NCBI GenBank assembly: GCA_002505695.1
Contig: DAVU01000020.1
Location: 97,107 to 161,106, forward strand
Source of the DNA: Euryarchaeota archaeon UBA487
GTDB taxonomy: Archaea > Thermoplasmatota > Poseidoniia > Poseidoniales > Thalassarchaeaceae
Length of the DNA stretch: 64,000 bases
Direction of reading: 5' to 3'
Shown: piece by piece, positions 48,201 to 57,493 of the stretch
Numbering within the stretch: the first letter of the stretch is position 1
Layout of the letters: each line of letters starts with the position of its first letter
Made by a program: the position numbers and the translations under genes
Notes under the pieces: model-generated
Databases searched by the model: none
Seen by the model: only the letters and a program-made list of their open reading frames with translations
Told to the model about the DNA's origin: nothing

Positions 48201-49858
48201 GGAGTGACTCCGGCGTAATGAGATATAGATTCACTGTCACTGGACCGGAGTTGATAGACGAAGACTGGTCAAACAACGAGCTCGAGGGGTCGATTGTCGT
48301 TGAGGACTCCCAAGTGAATACGAGGTTGACTTCCATCGGAGAATTGGAACAGCCCCTTTCGGTAATTTCATTTCGAGAGACGGGTCTAATACTCACTTCT
48401 GAGGGCACTCAAATAATCATGCACAGGATTGAAGCGAATGGGGAGATAATAAGGTGCAATACCCCACTTGAGAGATTTTGGAGTGGATCGATTTCAACAA
48501 CTGTTGATGACAGAAGTATTGCACATGTCGTTTGGACTCGGAGACTCGTGACTGGAACCGGGGTATTGAGCGAGACTGTCTCATACGCCACAGTTGATGA
48601 TCAGTGCTCCTCGACGGTCCCACAAGACCTCATGGATCCACTCCCGAGGAATATAGGTGATTATTTCGGTGTGGATTTGGACGAGGATGATGGTGAAATC
48701 GTAATCGCAGGGTATCTCAGGGATATGCTGAGTGGCTCACTCTTCGAACCCTCAGAGTCCATCTTTACCCTTCGTGGAGAAAAGCCACAATCAGCAAGTG
48801 AGTGGGATCTGACTGAGAATGTGATACGGGATGTTGACGCGATGTCACTAAGCGAAGCGCCGATAGAGGTAGAGATTGGAGAAGAGTTGATTCACATCGC
48901 CTATGTATCATCCAGAAACGACACGTCCTCGGGCCCCGTCCTGGGGCTTTGGTACGCACACGGCGTTCAGGGGACTGATTCATGGTTCTACAAGAGGGCA
49001 ATTGCCGTTCAGGCATCCTCTCCCTCAATGGCTGTGACTAGCGTGGATGGCGAAGATAGGGTGTCGATGGCATGGTTAGAGGGAGAATCAGACAGTTCTG
49101 TTCTAAAAATAGTGATTGTGGACGAAAGTTTCAGCCTGCCGATTGGAGTATCAACAACCATCCTTGCCAGAGGAGGAGAATATGTCAAAATCTCTCAACG
49201 AGGGGATTCCCTGTTTGTCGTGTATGACTATGTTAGCCCGGTCGGACGTGTGGTGAGCATAGGGGTGATCGACCCAGAAGAGGGTTGGATCGGAATAGGA
49301 AATAGGGTGTCATCTGGAAGAGCCTATGCAGCCTCGACCGTTTCGGACGGCCTTGTTTTTCCTTTCATGGTCCAGACTTCTTCCGGCGGTTGGGCCATCA
49401 TTGAAATCACAAGCAATGGTGATTTGGATGACGGCCCGACGAATATCTTTGAGGCTGCAAGATTGGCACTTGGATTGGAAGAGACCGAGTTCAATTTACT
49501 GTTAATAGGGCTCGCGACTGCAATTTTATTGATATTGCTCTCCTTGCTCGTCGGGACCGTTAGACAGGGATTCTCGAATATTAGAGACAGGAGGAGATCT
49601 GCTTCCGTGGTAATTGAAGCTGACCCTGAGGATGCACTTGAGATTGATCAGGACGAGGTGGAGGAGGTAGCCCCAAAGGTGATACCCCCACGACAAGAGT
49701 TGGTTGTTGAAGCTAAACCTGTTCCCCCTCCGCCAACGGACCCAACTAACCCGTACAGAACGGTGATGTGCAGTGTTTGTCACGCACGTTTTGAACTGCT
49801 GAAGGAGATAAGAAAAACCACTTGTCCATCTTGCGGGGAGCGGGTTGAGGGCTTCTGA
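45248..49858 (+). CDS. Giant S8 subtilisin-family serine peptidase (1536 aa), membrane-anchored with cytoplasmic zinc-ribbon tail
   Basis: Catalytic triad motifs VIAVLDTGVD (Asp), GHGTHVAGIA (His) and GTSMACPAVAG (Ser) are present. A signal peptide and long beta-rich C-terminal domains follow. A TM (LLLIGLATAILLILLSLLVG) precedes the CSVCH...CPSCG tail. Confidence 0.85.
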   Translation: MVCIIGSIDMNYGRAKSAIFLSFLIIVMDASAGASMVNQNSFSGVEEWPSYEIPYDASDPVEEPGWWLSFGYDTNSNGMDDRLEGIIYGSSESISPTSVVGPDGRKTVAVVINYAWHPGESDADSLNSTLLGHGWTPEGSFFFIMDILDSIVVDRVPVSALNDILSLSGVVLVEQQNVLEPYLNVATKGSKVRSSDFYPESFWSNGYMGDGVVIAVLDTGVDNEHFSLDDFSDANQDNQNEPSDLNDPKWVAGCDATSSNQVECSDGNFDPDDGDGHGTHVAGIALGTGDSDRDNIGYSPGSYLIDVKVLNDIGTTNSQATLRGINWVANNVNTDWGNNESSRGIDVMSMSFGSISNPGGDDQGDDGQNADARAVNAAVDAGVVAVAAIGNDGANRVTSVGAADKAITVGSIDDDNSIERDDDEIASYSNYGPRTDDGDGDSLDELKPDVVAPGSGIISAQYAAPNPLPVGDQPRASDDYTSKDGTSMACPAVAGLAALILSYDNTLTPEDVKNIIKQTAEQRGAPSSPSIDNRWNNQYGYGIIDGETAFRCLIGGECTQIVGGAEWVHVQSPLEGEWVAQGKNYSFSGILNKSDPGISGVDAIEVSAELTYRKEMPNGKIESFKTMVLNETNISLVEGRWTTTVFVPEIDVNDYYNANLRLSATATNESGRRSQTNQSTHPIGNIEVGISAPEQDSVVSGSMPVEGSYSTIDGGFLRWKIDNGDWEDGPTLSEQNINRDGYTGEFQFSIDTQDYEEGEHDLYLQVISGKGLKSEVERRTIDIDNLPPRPNLILMDGVQVTDYGIPIRDSQVGSFLEVRGEVRNEGDVGANDILVSLFENGQRRYETTIERVSVGEQVPFTLYWSPSIAGTKEVKVIVDNTNSIEELDEADNTASIDFEVNSLAEGVDIVVLEGGVFASPAIPTPGDQFILSTMVKNQGSEDASSVEVTFYSMSSGGVGWLPVSSRSLSMLPSGQSVIIEFPVQGSDSGVMRYRFTVTGPELIDEDWSNNELEGSIVVEDSQVNTRLTSIGELEQPLSVISFRETGLILTSEGTQIIMHRIEANGEIIRCNTPLERFWSGSISTTVDDRSIAHVVWTRRLVTGTGVLSETVSYATVDDQCSSTVPQDLMDPLPRNIGDYFGVDLDEDDGEIVIAGYLRDMLSGSLFEPSESIFTLRGEKPQSASEWDLTENVIRDVDAMSLSEAPIEVEIGEELIHIAYVSSRNDTSSGPVLGLWYAHGVQGTDSWFYKRAIAVQASSPSMAVTSVDGEDRVSMAWLEGESDSSVLKIVIVDESFSLPIGVSTTILARGGEYVKISQRGDSLFVVYDYVSPVGRVVSIGVIDPEEGWIGIGNRVSSGRAYAASTVSDGLVFPFMVQTSSGGWAIIEITSNGDLDDGPTNIFEAARLALGLEETEFNLLLIGLATAILLILLSLLVGTVRQGFSNIRDRRRSASVVIEADPEDALEIDQDEVEEVAPKVIPPRQELVVEAKPVPPPPTDPTNPYRTVMCSVCHARFELLKEIRKTTCPSCGERVEGF

Positions 49859-50496
49859 TGAGAGTCATCCTGGCTTCCTCCTCGACAAGAAGGAGAGACT
49901 GGATTTCAAATCAGCATTGGATGAACGGGCACCAAATAGAATTTAGATCAATGGACATAGATGAGTCAAGGTACTCAATCGAAGGGGATGTCCCCGCCAC
50001 TGTCAGGAACATAGCAAATGCGAAGGCTAGCCATGCTGGTCGTAGTCTCGGAGTGAAGCGGGGGGATTGGGTTGCGTTGGTTTCGGATACATTGGTTGAG
50101 GGCCCAGCCTCGAAGGTTGCATTGGGAAAACCGCTTGATGCTCTAGAAGCGGAGAATATGCTCAGAAGCCTCTCAGGGAAAAGGCATTACGTCCACAGTT
50201 GTACGGGTTTAATCACCTCCAGTCGAGAGATTACATGGGAGTTGTTTTCAGACACATGCGAGGTACACATGCGGCCATTGAAGGATAGTGATCTGGAGGA
50301 GTTAGTTAAGACAGGTTCATGGAAAGGGAAAGCTGGTGGCTACGACATAAAGGGACTTGCAGCTAAGCACCTAGAGATATTTGATGGCGATGAAATTACA
50401 GTTTTGGGGTTCTCGTCGAAGGCAATGGAAAGGCTGCGCGAAATTTTGTCTGTAGATATCTTTGCATCAGGCGAAAGTGACTCCCCCGTGCTCTAA
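49858..50496 (+). CDS. maf: Maf-like nucleoside triphosphate pyrophosphatase
   Basis: ILASSSTRRR...LGKP.D..EA..ML..LSGKRH.V.TG...KAGGY.I.G and the rest follow the Maf family consensus. A 1-nt stop/start overlap (TGATG) links it to the protease gene. Confidence 0.8.
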   Translation: MRVILASSSTRRRDWISNQHWMNGHQIEFRSMDIDESRYSIEGDVPATVRNIANAKASHAGRSLGVKRGDWVALVSDTLVEGPASKVALGKPLDALEAENMLRSLSGKRHYVHSCTGLITSSREITWELFSDTCEVHMRPLKDSDLEELVKTGSWKGKAGGYDIKGLAAKHLEIFDGDEITVLGFSSKAMERLREILSVDIFASGESDSPVL

Positions 50497-50964
50497 GACA
50501 AATTCCCTCTGGATCTCTGTGAACCAATCAAGCATGCCTTTGTTGAATCTGACGCGTGAGATTTTCGGGTCTGCCAGCAAGTCATCTTGTATGCCCTTCA
50601 GTGTGCCCGGAGCAGCACCACAGGAAACGCAAGCTCCGTCAAGATCTATAACCAGTGATAATGACTCCGCCCCTGCCTGGTCCTTGGTTATCGAATGGGA
50701 ATGTAGTACAAGTGCACCACCATGTCCAATCAGCGCCGCCCTCACAATTCCCAATCGTGCCATGAGCGCTGGGACAGTATCCACGGACGAAGAGGAAACT
50801 AACTGAATGATATCCAAATCCAAGAGTCTTTTGTCCTCCTTTGGATCAACGTGCCTATCGATGCGCTTTTGTGATTCTTCAGTCATCATTGACTTAATCT
50901 GTGATCGATAGAGGTCCTCAAGATCGTCGGTCGGGCGGGGGCTCGAAGGGGCGGACATATACAC
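50467..50964 (-). CDS. Nfu/NifU C-terminal-domain Fe-S cluster assembly protein with N-terminal extension
   Basis: LVIDLDGACVSCGAAPGTLKGIQDDLL matches the Nfu CxxC scaffold motif. It lies divergent from sufCBD. Confidence 0.65.
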   Translation of the reverse strand: MYMSAPSSPRPTDDLEDLYRSQIKSMMTEESQKRIDRHVDPKEDKRLLDLDIIQLVSSSSVDTVPALMARLGIVRAALIGHGGALVLHSHSITKDQAGAESLSLVIDLDGACVSCGAAPGTLKGIQDDLLADPKISRVRFNKGMLDWFTEIQREFVLEHGGVTFA

Positions 50965-51060
50965 CCCAAAGCAAAGAGGATTATGTTATGTTTGATCTCA
51001 TGGACGCATAAAGGGGTTGAAAAGCCGTGGCTTCAAGGGTATGGCAGGAGAGCGTCTAAA

Positions 51061-51831
51061 ATGTCGGATAATCAACCCGTCTTGTCGATTAAAGACCTTC
51101 ACGTTGGCATTGAGGGCAATGAGATTCTCCACGGCATTAACCTCGATATCGCTCGAGGAGAAATTCATGCTATCATGGGAAGAAACGGTAGTGGAAAGAC
51201 AACTGCTGCAAGTACCATCATGGGACATCCAGACTATGAAATAAGTTCGGGCAAGATCTCTCTCGATGGCGAGGACCTCCTTGAATTAGAAGCATGGGAA
51301 AGAGCGAGAAAAGGAGTCTTTCTCTCTTTCCAGTACCCACAGGCTGTCCCGGGTCTGCAGGTCGGGCACTTCTTGAGAAAGTCCGTCGCATCTATCAGAG
51401 GAGAGGACTCCGCAAAGGGACCCGTGTTTAGGGAGGCGCTCAAGTCGGCCATGGAAGAGGTCTCTATCCCCAGATCCTTCCTCTCAAGATACGTAAACGA
51501 CGGCTTCAGTGGCGGTGAGAAAAAAAGGTTCGAGATACTTCAATTGATGCTTCTAAAACCCAAGCTTGCCATTCTTGATGAGACCGACTCAGGGCTAGAC
51601 ATAGACGGAATTAGAGTCGTTTCACGAGGCATCAATGCTGCCATAAGGGGGTCAGACTCTGGTGCCCTAATTATCACCCACTACAGCAGAATTCTCGAGC
51701 ATGTTAAACCCGATTACGTCCATGTCTTGATAGAAGGGAAGATAGTCAAGAGTGGTGGGCCTGAACTCGCCCTTGAACTGGAAGAAAGAGGGTATGAATG
51801 GCTCGAGTCTGGGAACAACGGAGGAGAGTGA
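51061..51831 (+). CDS. sufC: Fe-S cluster assembly ATPase SufC
   Basis: Start at [32 protein letters not shown] and [11 protein letters not shown] are present, along with the typical SufC tail. Confidence 0.9.
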   Translation: MSDNQPVLSIKDLHVGIEGNEILHGINLDIARGEIHAIMGRNGSGKTTAASTIMGHPDYEISSGKISLDGEDLLELEAWERARKGVFLSFQYPQAVPGLQVGHFLRKSVASIRGEDSAKGPVFREALKSAMEEVSIPRSFLSRYVNDGFSGGEKKRFEILQLMLLKPKLAILDETDSGLDIDGIRVVSRGINAAIRGSDSGALIITHYSRILEHVKPDYVHVLIEGKIVKSGGPELALELEERGYEWLESGNNGGE

Positions 51832-51835
51832 ATTC

Positions 51836-53245
51836 ATGGCAATGGAAGAGGCAAGAGAAGCAGTCGGGGACTACGATCTAGGATGGCATGACCCGGAGCA
51901 CTCAACAATTAGATTCGACTCTGGACTGAGTGAAGAGGTCGTAAGGAAAATATCCGCGATCAAGAACGAGCCCAGCTGGATGACGGAAATCAGGGTGAAA
52001 GCATATCACCATTTCGTGAATAGGCCGATGCCGGGATTCGGAGATCGAGAGGCCTTGGAAGGAATCAAATTCGACGAGGTATGTTATTACCTACGTTCAT
52101 CCGACGCAACCGAGAAAGACTGGGACGATGTTCCAGATGACATTAGGAACACATTTGATCGGCTTGGTATACCAGAGGCAGAGCAGAAATGGCTGTCCGG
52201 CGTCACGGCCCAATATGAGTCTGAGGCAGTTTATCACAGTATCAGGGAGGACTTAGAGGCCCAAGGGGTCATCTTCTTGGACATGGACAGTGGTCTTCGG
52301 GAATATCCAGAACTCGTCAAAGAGTATTTTTGCAGTGTGATTCCATACCAAGACAACAAATTCTCCGCTCTGAACACCGCGGTTTGGTCCGGAGGCTCAT
52401 TCATCTACGTACCCAAGGGGATCAAGGTGGAGATGCCTGTCCAGGCATACTTCAGAATAAATGCCAAAAACATGGGTCAATTCGAAAGGACCCTCATCAT
52501 AGCAGATGAAGGTTCCAGCATCCACTACGTCGAAGGCTGTACTGCACCAACTTACTCCACAGACTCACTACACTCAGCAGTAGTCGAACTCATAGCATTG
52601 GATGGCGCCCACATCCGATATTCGACCATCCAAAATTGGTCGGCTAACGTGTACAACCTCGTCACAAAAAGAGGGATAGCCCACGAAGATGCATCCATAG
52701 AGTGGATTGATGGCAACATTGGATCGAAATTGACGATGAAATACCCATCAGTCATACTCAAAGGAGAGGGTTCTCATGCCGAAGTGATTTCCATCGCCTA
52801 TGCAGGAAAGGGCCAGCACCAAGACGCCGGTGCCAAGGTTCACCACTTGGCTTCCAACACAACTAGCAAAATTCTCTCTAAATCCATATCCAAGGACGGG
52901 GGAAGAGGGTCCTACAGAGGGATGGTGACCGTCTCGCCCAAAGCAGAGAACTGCAAACTGAATGTTGTTTGTGACGCCTTGATTCTGGATGATGAGAGCC
53001 AAACTGACACCTATCCTACAATGGAAGTAGCCAACGCCTCTGCCCGATGCGAACACGAAGCCAGTGTATCGAAGGTCAGTGATGATCAAGTATTCTACCT
53101 CATGAGTCGTGGCCACTCAGAGGAGGAGGCATTGGCAATGATCGTCAATGGGTTCTTTGAGCCATTTACTCGCGAGCTCCCCATGGAATATGCCGTCGAA
53201 CTAAACAAACTAATGGCCCTTGAAATGGAAGGTAGCATCGGTTGA
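51836..53245 (+). CDS. sufB: Fe-S cluster assembly protein SufB
   Basis: Start at MAMEEAR, 4 nt after the sufC stop. SufB core blocks are conserved ([12 protein letters not shown]..., [21 protein letters not shown]). Confidence 0.9.
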   Translation: MAMEEAREAVGDYDLGWHDPEHSTIRFDSGLSEEVVRKISAIKNEPSWMTEIRVKAYHHFVNRPMPGFGDREALEGIKFDEVCYYLRSSDATEKDWDDVPDDIRNTFDRLGIPEAEQKWLSGVTAQYESEAVYHSIREDLEAQGVIFLDMDSGLREYPELVKEYFCSVIPYQDNKFSALNTAVWSGGSFIYVPKGIKVEMPVQAYFRINAKNMGQFERTLIIADEGSSIHYVEGCTAPTYSTDSLHSAVVELIALDGAHIRYSTIQNWSANVYNLVTKRGIAHEDASIEWIDGNIGSKLTMKYPSVILKGEGSHAEVISIAYAGKGQHQDAGAKVHHLASNTTSKILSKSISKDGGRGSYRGMVTVSPKAENCKLNVVCDALILDDESQTDTYPTMEVANASARCEHEASVSKVSDDQVFYLMSRGHSEEEALAMIVNGFFEPFTRELPMEYAVELNKLMALEMEGSIG

Positions 53246-53257
53246 TATTGCTCGAAG

Positions 53258-54370
53258 GTGAAAGTAATGAATGCCTCAGAAGAAGCATACCTCTCATTGG
53301 AAGAGCCCCCAAGATCCGATCATCTCTGGAGGTACACCCCCTGGAAAAGGGTTCATCCCACCGGAGATCCAAGTGAGATACCCGATGAAATTTCAACCCC
53401 TCAAATCGGCCTGTCAACAATCAATGGTGGAGAAGCATCGGGCATAAGCATCGAAATGGGGAATGCCATATCTATTCCATTCGAAGGATCGCCTGTAAGT
53501 AACTCATTCCTAAGTGCCCTCACAGATGGCAAAGCCATCCGAATCTCGATCCCCGACAACTGGAGGAGTGAAAATCCGCTAATCCTCGACGTCAAGCCAA
53601 CTGGTGGATTAGATGCAATACACATCCACGTAGAGACTGGGAAATTCAGTGAGGCCACGATATTGACAAGGGTTCAGGGCTCGTCCAAATGGTTGGGCAT
53701 CCTTAGGACAGGTCAAACTGGAGTTGGTTCCTTCCTCCAAGATGTCTTCGTCAACAAGGCCCATGATGGCAATCTCATGAGAGTCGATGCGCTAAGATTG
53801 GGACGTGACTCCTCCGTGACAGCTGGTACCGTGAGTGCTGGAAGCACGTGGACAAAGGCTGACATCAGATATCACTTAGACTCTCCCGGATCCAACCTTA
53901 ATGTCCTGGGATCCCTCCTGTCTGCAGACCAGATGCATCTAGATCACCACATAGAGATCAGCCACATAGCCCCCAACACCTACAGTCGCCTGGGATGGCA
54001 CACGGCTTGCGGCGGCAATAGCACCTCAGTGGGAACAGGAATGTTGCGTATAGAAAAGGGGGCGAGACAGGCCGATGCCGGTCAACTGTTCCACAACCTG
54101 TTGTTGTCTGAAAAGGCGAAAGCGAACAGTATACCTGAACTGGAGGTCGAGGAGAATGACGTGGTCGGATGTGGCCATGGCACGGCGAATGGGCCGGTTG
54201 ATGAAGACCAGCGATTCTACCTCATGGCAAGAGGGCTGTCCGAACAAGAGGCTGAGGATGCACTAGTGGCTGCTTTCCTAAACTCAACACTCTCACAGAT
54301 GGGGAATGAGGATGTACATGCTTGGCTGATTGATGCGGTTGAAGACGCATTAGTTGGTTTGAACACCTGA
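53258..54370 (+). CDS. sufD: Fe-S cluster assembly protein SufD
   Basis: A SufB/D-family beta-helix protein about 370 aa long, immediately after sufB. Confidence 0.75.
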   Translation: MKVMNASEEAYLSLEEPPRSDHLWRYTPWKRVHPTGDPSEIPDEISTPQIGLSTINGGEASGISIEMGNAISIPFEGSPVSNSFLSALTDGKAIRISIPDNWRSENPLILDVKPTGGLDAIHIHVETGKFSEATILTRVQGSSKWLGILRTGQTGVGSFLQDVFVNKAHDGNLMRVDALRLGRDSSVTAGTVSAGSTWTKADIRYHLDSPGSNLNVLGSLLSADQMHLDHHIEISHIAPNTYSRLGWHTACGGNSTSVGTGMLRIEKGARQADAGQLFHNLLLSEKAKANSIPELEVEENDVVGCGHGTANGPVDEDQRFYLMARGLSEQEAEDALVAAFLNSTLSQMGNEDVHAWLIDAVEDALVGLNT

Positions 54371-54542
54371 GCAAGACTAAAGCCCTGGTTCCCCTAAATC
54401 ATCCGTGGATTCAGACCATTGCAGAGGCATATTCTGTGAATGTGGCTACAAGGGGGATGCAGTCCCAATGAAACAACATATGGAATGCCCCCGATGCAGA
54501 AGGGTGGTAGAAGCCTGCTGTGAAGGCGTCCCTAGGTACTAA

Positions 54543-55322
54543 TCAACCAGTTCTGTCTCTATGGCTGGCCATCAGGGCCGTGAGCAATACTCCCATCAGT
54601 ATCCCAAAGATTCCACCGGCAACTTCTCCCTCTGTTCCAGCCAAATCCCTGAATGCAAAGAACATAGATGGAACCATTATCGGTCCGTAAAGAGCCAATC
54701 GAAGCAATACTTTCCCTCTGGTGGGGGGAGTTCCAGTGGGACGTAAGACCACGGTTGATTTTGATTGGATTATTTGCCATTGAGCCCGCTCGGCATCAAT
54801 CTTCAATCGCTGCAATACAGCAGGCCGGATGTTGGGCGTCGAAACCTCACTTTCCCAGCTATCCTCTCTTCCAATTACAAGTCTCAACCTTCCCAATCTA
54901 GTTCTGTTGTCCACCAGACTCTGTACCACAGACACGGCAATTTCTGGGCTGAGACCAATTAAGTTCAGAGTGATGACTCCGCGGATTATCTGAATTTTAT
55001 TTTCTGGAATCCATTGGTGCGCTAACCCCTCAGTCGTGGACATCAATACATTTTGACTCAGGCCTATCAAAAACTGCCTGGTCTCCTCTTTGTCTTCTTT
55101 ATTCCTGGGATTGGTCGAGATGTACCTCAATCGAAGCAAAGTGAGGAAAAGAACAATCGCAAATGTGAAAATTCCTGTCTGGAGTCCAATGGACAATGAG
55201 TCAAAAAGAACCCATTCGCCACCCTCTTGGCCGATGAGTGAGAATATGGTCACAACCAAGGTAGCCATGGTCGCAATGACAAAAGATGCGATCAGGGCAT
55301 CCCTCAACTCCACGCGATTCAT
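54543..55322 (-). CDS. Hypothetical membrane protein
   Basis: Three N-terminal TM helices and a C-terminal hydrophobic helix, with no recognisable motif. Confidence 0.4.
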   Translation of the reverse strand: MNRVELRDALIASFVIATMATLVVTIFSLIGQEGGEWVLFDSLSIGLQTGIFTFAIVLFLTLLRLRYISTNPRNKEDKEETRQFLIGLSQNVLMSTTEGLAHQWIPENKIQIIRGVITLNLIGLSPEIAVSVVQSLVDNRTRLGRLRLVIGREDSWESEVSTPNIRPAVLQRLKIDAERAQWQIIQSKSTVVLRPTGTPPTRGKVLLRLALYGPIMVPSMFFAFRDLAGTEGEVAGGIFGILMGVLLTALMASHRDRTG

Positions 55323-55395
55323 GGTTTTCGAAAGGGGTTCGTCTCATCAATGCGATTGAGTAATGTTGATACAACTACGCATTCGTTGAGCCTTT

Positions 55396-56148
55396 GTGGA
55401 GCGGAATGGTGCGAGTTCTAGGGTGAGAGAGAAAAAAATTGGTTTCAGGATGGCATTAGTTGCGGGGACCTATACATTACTTGTTTTCATCACCCCCATG
55501 ACCTTGGAGCCGGGTACTGTACCAGAGCTTTCTGGCCGCGCGAATTTGATCGACTACGCAACAGTTGATGGATGGGGTTCGTGGGGGAACAATAACCATG
55601 GTGAGGATAGTGAACTTGGACACGATCAACTCGCAAAAGGTGGTGCTTTCGCCTGGATGGACCACGGTCCATTAGTTGCTTTGGTATATTCGATCGGCGA
55701 TCTGAATTGCCATCAAAAATATGAGAGGGCCTTCATGATAAATGGAAACCAAACTGCCGTGTGTGCACGTGACATAGGAATCTTATTTGGATTCGTGGTG
55801 GGTGCTTTGGCATGGAGTAGATTTGGTTTGAATAGGTATAGTATACGAGACTCCTTTCTCTCCCTGTTGCCGGACTCGTGGACAGAGCCGCTATATCGTA
55901 CGGACAGGAGGCTGATCGCGATGTTTGCCATATTGTTTGTTGGAGTTTTACCAACAGGTATCGATGGTTTCACACAATTGCTCACCGATTACGAGTCCAA
56001 TAACGCACTCAGGCTGATCACAGGGTCCACTGCCGGGGCTGCCCTAGCATGGCTGGTCGGTGCCACCATAAGCGCTCGAGCGTCTGATTTTGACAGCCTC
56101 GGAGAGGTTGAGCTCCCTGCAGGGGCGAGCCTCAAAATTCGTGAATAA
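55396..56148 (+). CDS. Membrane protein, DUF2085-like
   Basis: The DLNCHQ...AVCARDIGILFGFVVG pattern and 4-5 TM helices are present. The likely start is at Met 55450. Confidence 0.4.
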   Translation: MERNGASSRVREKKIGFRMALVAGTYTLLVFITPMTLEPGTVPELSGRANLIDYATVDGWGSWGNNNHGEDSELGHDQLAKGGAFAWMDHGPLVALVYSIGDLNCHQKYERAFMINGNQTAVCARDIGILFGFVVGALAWSRFGLNRYSIRDSFLSLLPDSWTEPLYRTDRRLIAMFAILFVGVLPTGIDGFTQLLTDYESNNALRLITGSTAGAALAWLVGATISARASDFDSLGEVELPAGASLKIRE

Positions 56149-57493
56149 GATTACTATGCCACCATGCTAAGATATGGTCTTTCTCCGACTGTCCTTCTCC
56201 TCTCAAAATAGTCGGGTAGAGCAGGTTTATTCTATCGGAGACTGATTTCAACTGTTCATCGTGGGCTACGATGTCTAGAATGCCATTGATCATGTGTTTG
56301 TAACTGGTCTTGGGGAACCTAGATCTCCATAATCTCACCTTGGCTCTCAAGGGGCTCAAAACGAGCATTAACTTCCCTGCAGCCTCACCTTTCTTTGTTA
56401 TTCTATAATGGCTACCTTCGTTCCTTGATCCGGAAGATTCACGAATCCATTTTCCGGTTGAACATAGATGTCGGATTACCTTTGTGGCGTGTCCCTTTGA
56501 GACTTGCCTTGATGGTCCCATCGCGGCAGAGATTTCGTTGATGTCGCCTGAAGAAATCAAGGTCATGGATGTCATAATTGCATAAATTGACCTAGAATGT
56601 AGTCGCCGAGGAGCATTTTCAGTGGAGTTTTCTTGGCTTGCTTTTTTGTATGATCTTTCCATATCCCTGATCAGCTCCCATGGCCTGGATTTTGTCTTGG
56701 GATCTTTATCTGTCTCGTACCCTGGTAATTTGGTTTGGCCTGAATTCCATCGAATTATGGTTCTGATCAATTCTAAGTCAACATCATGGACGTATGTATT
56801 TCTTGGCTTGGGCCTCAATCTGAGGAATTTTCTCACTTCTTGGGCCACTTCATTTGAGAATCTCTCAACAGTCGATTCATTTCTTATTGGGCCCACCACT
56901 CGAACCGTGTCAAAGGAAGTCCCAGTCGGAGATTGGCCAGACAATACAACTTCGTATCCAGATCTGATTTTCTTCTGGATTTCTAGAGTTTCAAAGTACT
57001 CTGATTTATGTGGTGAAGCTTCCCTTAGACTACCACTCCTAATCCTCATAATTGCAATTTCTGGGTCACAATCAACCCACACACAAAGATCAGGAATCAG
57101 GGCCCCAGAGTTCAGAAGTCCGACATTCTTCGTCCCTAATCCGCCTACGATTCCCTGGTACACCAGCGAGGAATGTATGTTCCTGTCACAAACCACCACT
57201 GAACCTTTACTCAGCCTTGGTAGCATCCAATTCAAACCATGATCAAGTCTGTCAAGAGCGAAAAGTTTGGCTTCGTGTTCAGGGGTGTGCTTTTTCTCCT
57301 TTACAGCATCGATGGCTGCTCTCCCTAATGGGTGCCTCCTTCTTGGCTCAGCTGTGAGTTCTACAGATGTGAAACTGCCGTCTCTTTCGAGCAACTCACA
57401 TATTATCCTCGATGCAAGGCCTTTACCACTCCCATCCCCGCCTTCTATTGTTATCAAGTACATGTCAATCGACATCCCCTGGGTTGTGAACAA
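56132..57493 (-). CDS. tmk: Thymidylate kinase with roughly 250-aa C-terminal extension (winged-helix-like)
   Basis: The N-terminus carries IEGGDGSGKG (P-loop), the DR motif and a lid region. The probable start is at Met 57475. The C-terminal half has no Tmk homology but contains an HTH-like stretch. Confidence 0.7.
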   Translation of the reverse strand: MFTTQGMSIDMYLITIEGGDGSGKGLASRIICELLERDGSFTSVELTAEPRRRHPLGRAAIDAVKEKKHTPEHEAKLFALDRLDHGLNWMLPRLSKGSVVVCDRNIHSSLVYQGIVGGLGTKNVGLLNSGALIPDLCVWVDCDPEIAIMRIRSGSLREASPHKSEYFETLEIQKKIRSGYEVVLSGQSPTGTSFDTVRVVGPIRNESTVERFSNEVAQEVRKFLRLRPKPRNTYVHDVDLELIRTIIRWNSGQTKLPGYETDKDPKTKSRPWELIRDMERSYKKASQENSTENAPRRLHSRSIYAIMTSMTLISSGDINEISAAMGPSRQVSKGHATKVIRHLCSTGKWIRESSGSRNEGSHYRITKKGEAAGKLMLVLSPLRAKVRLWRSRFPKTSYKHMINGILDIVAHDEQLKSVSDRINLLYPTILRGEGQSEKDHILAWWHSNLIHEF

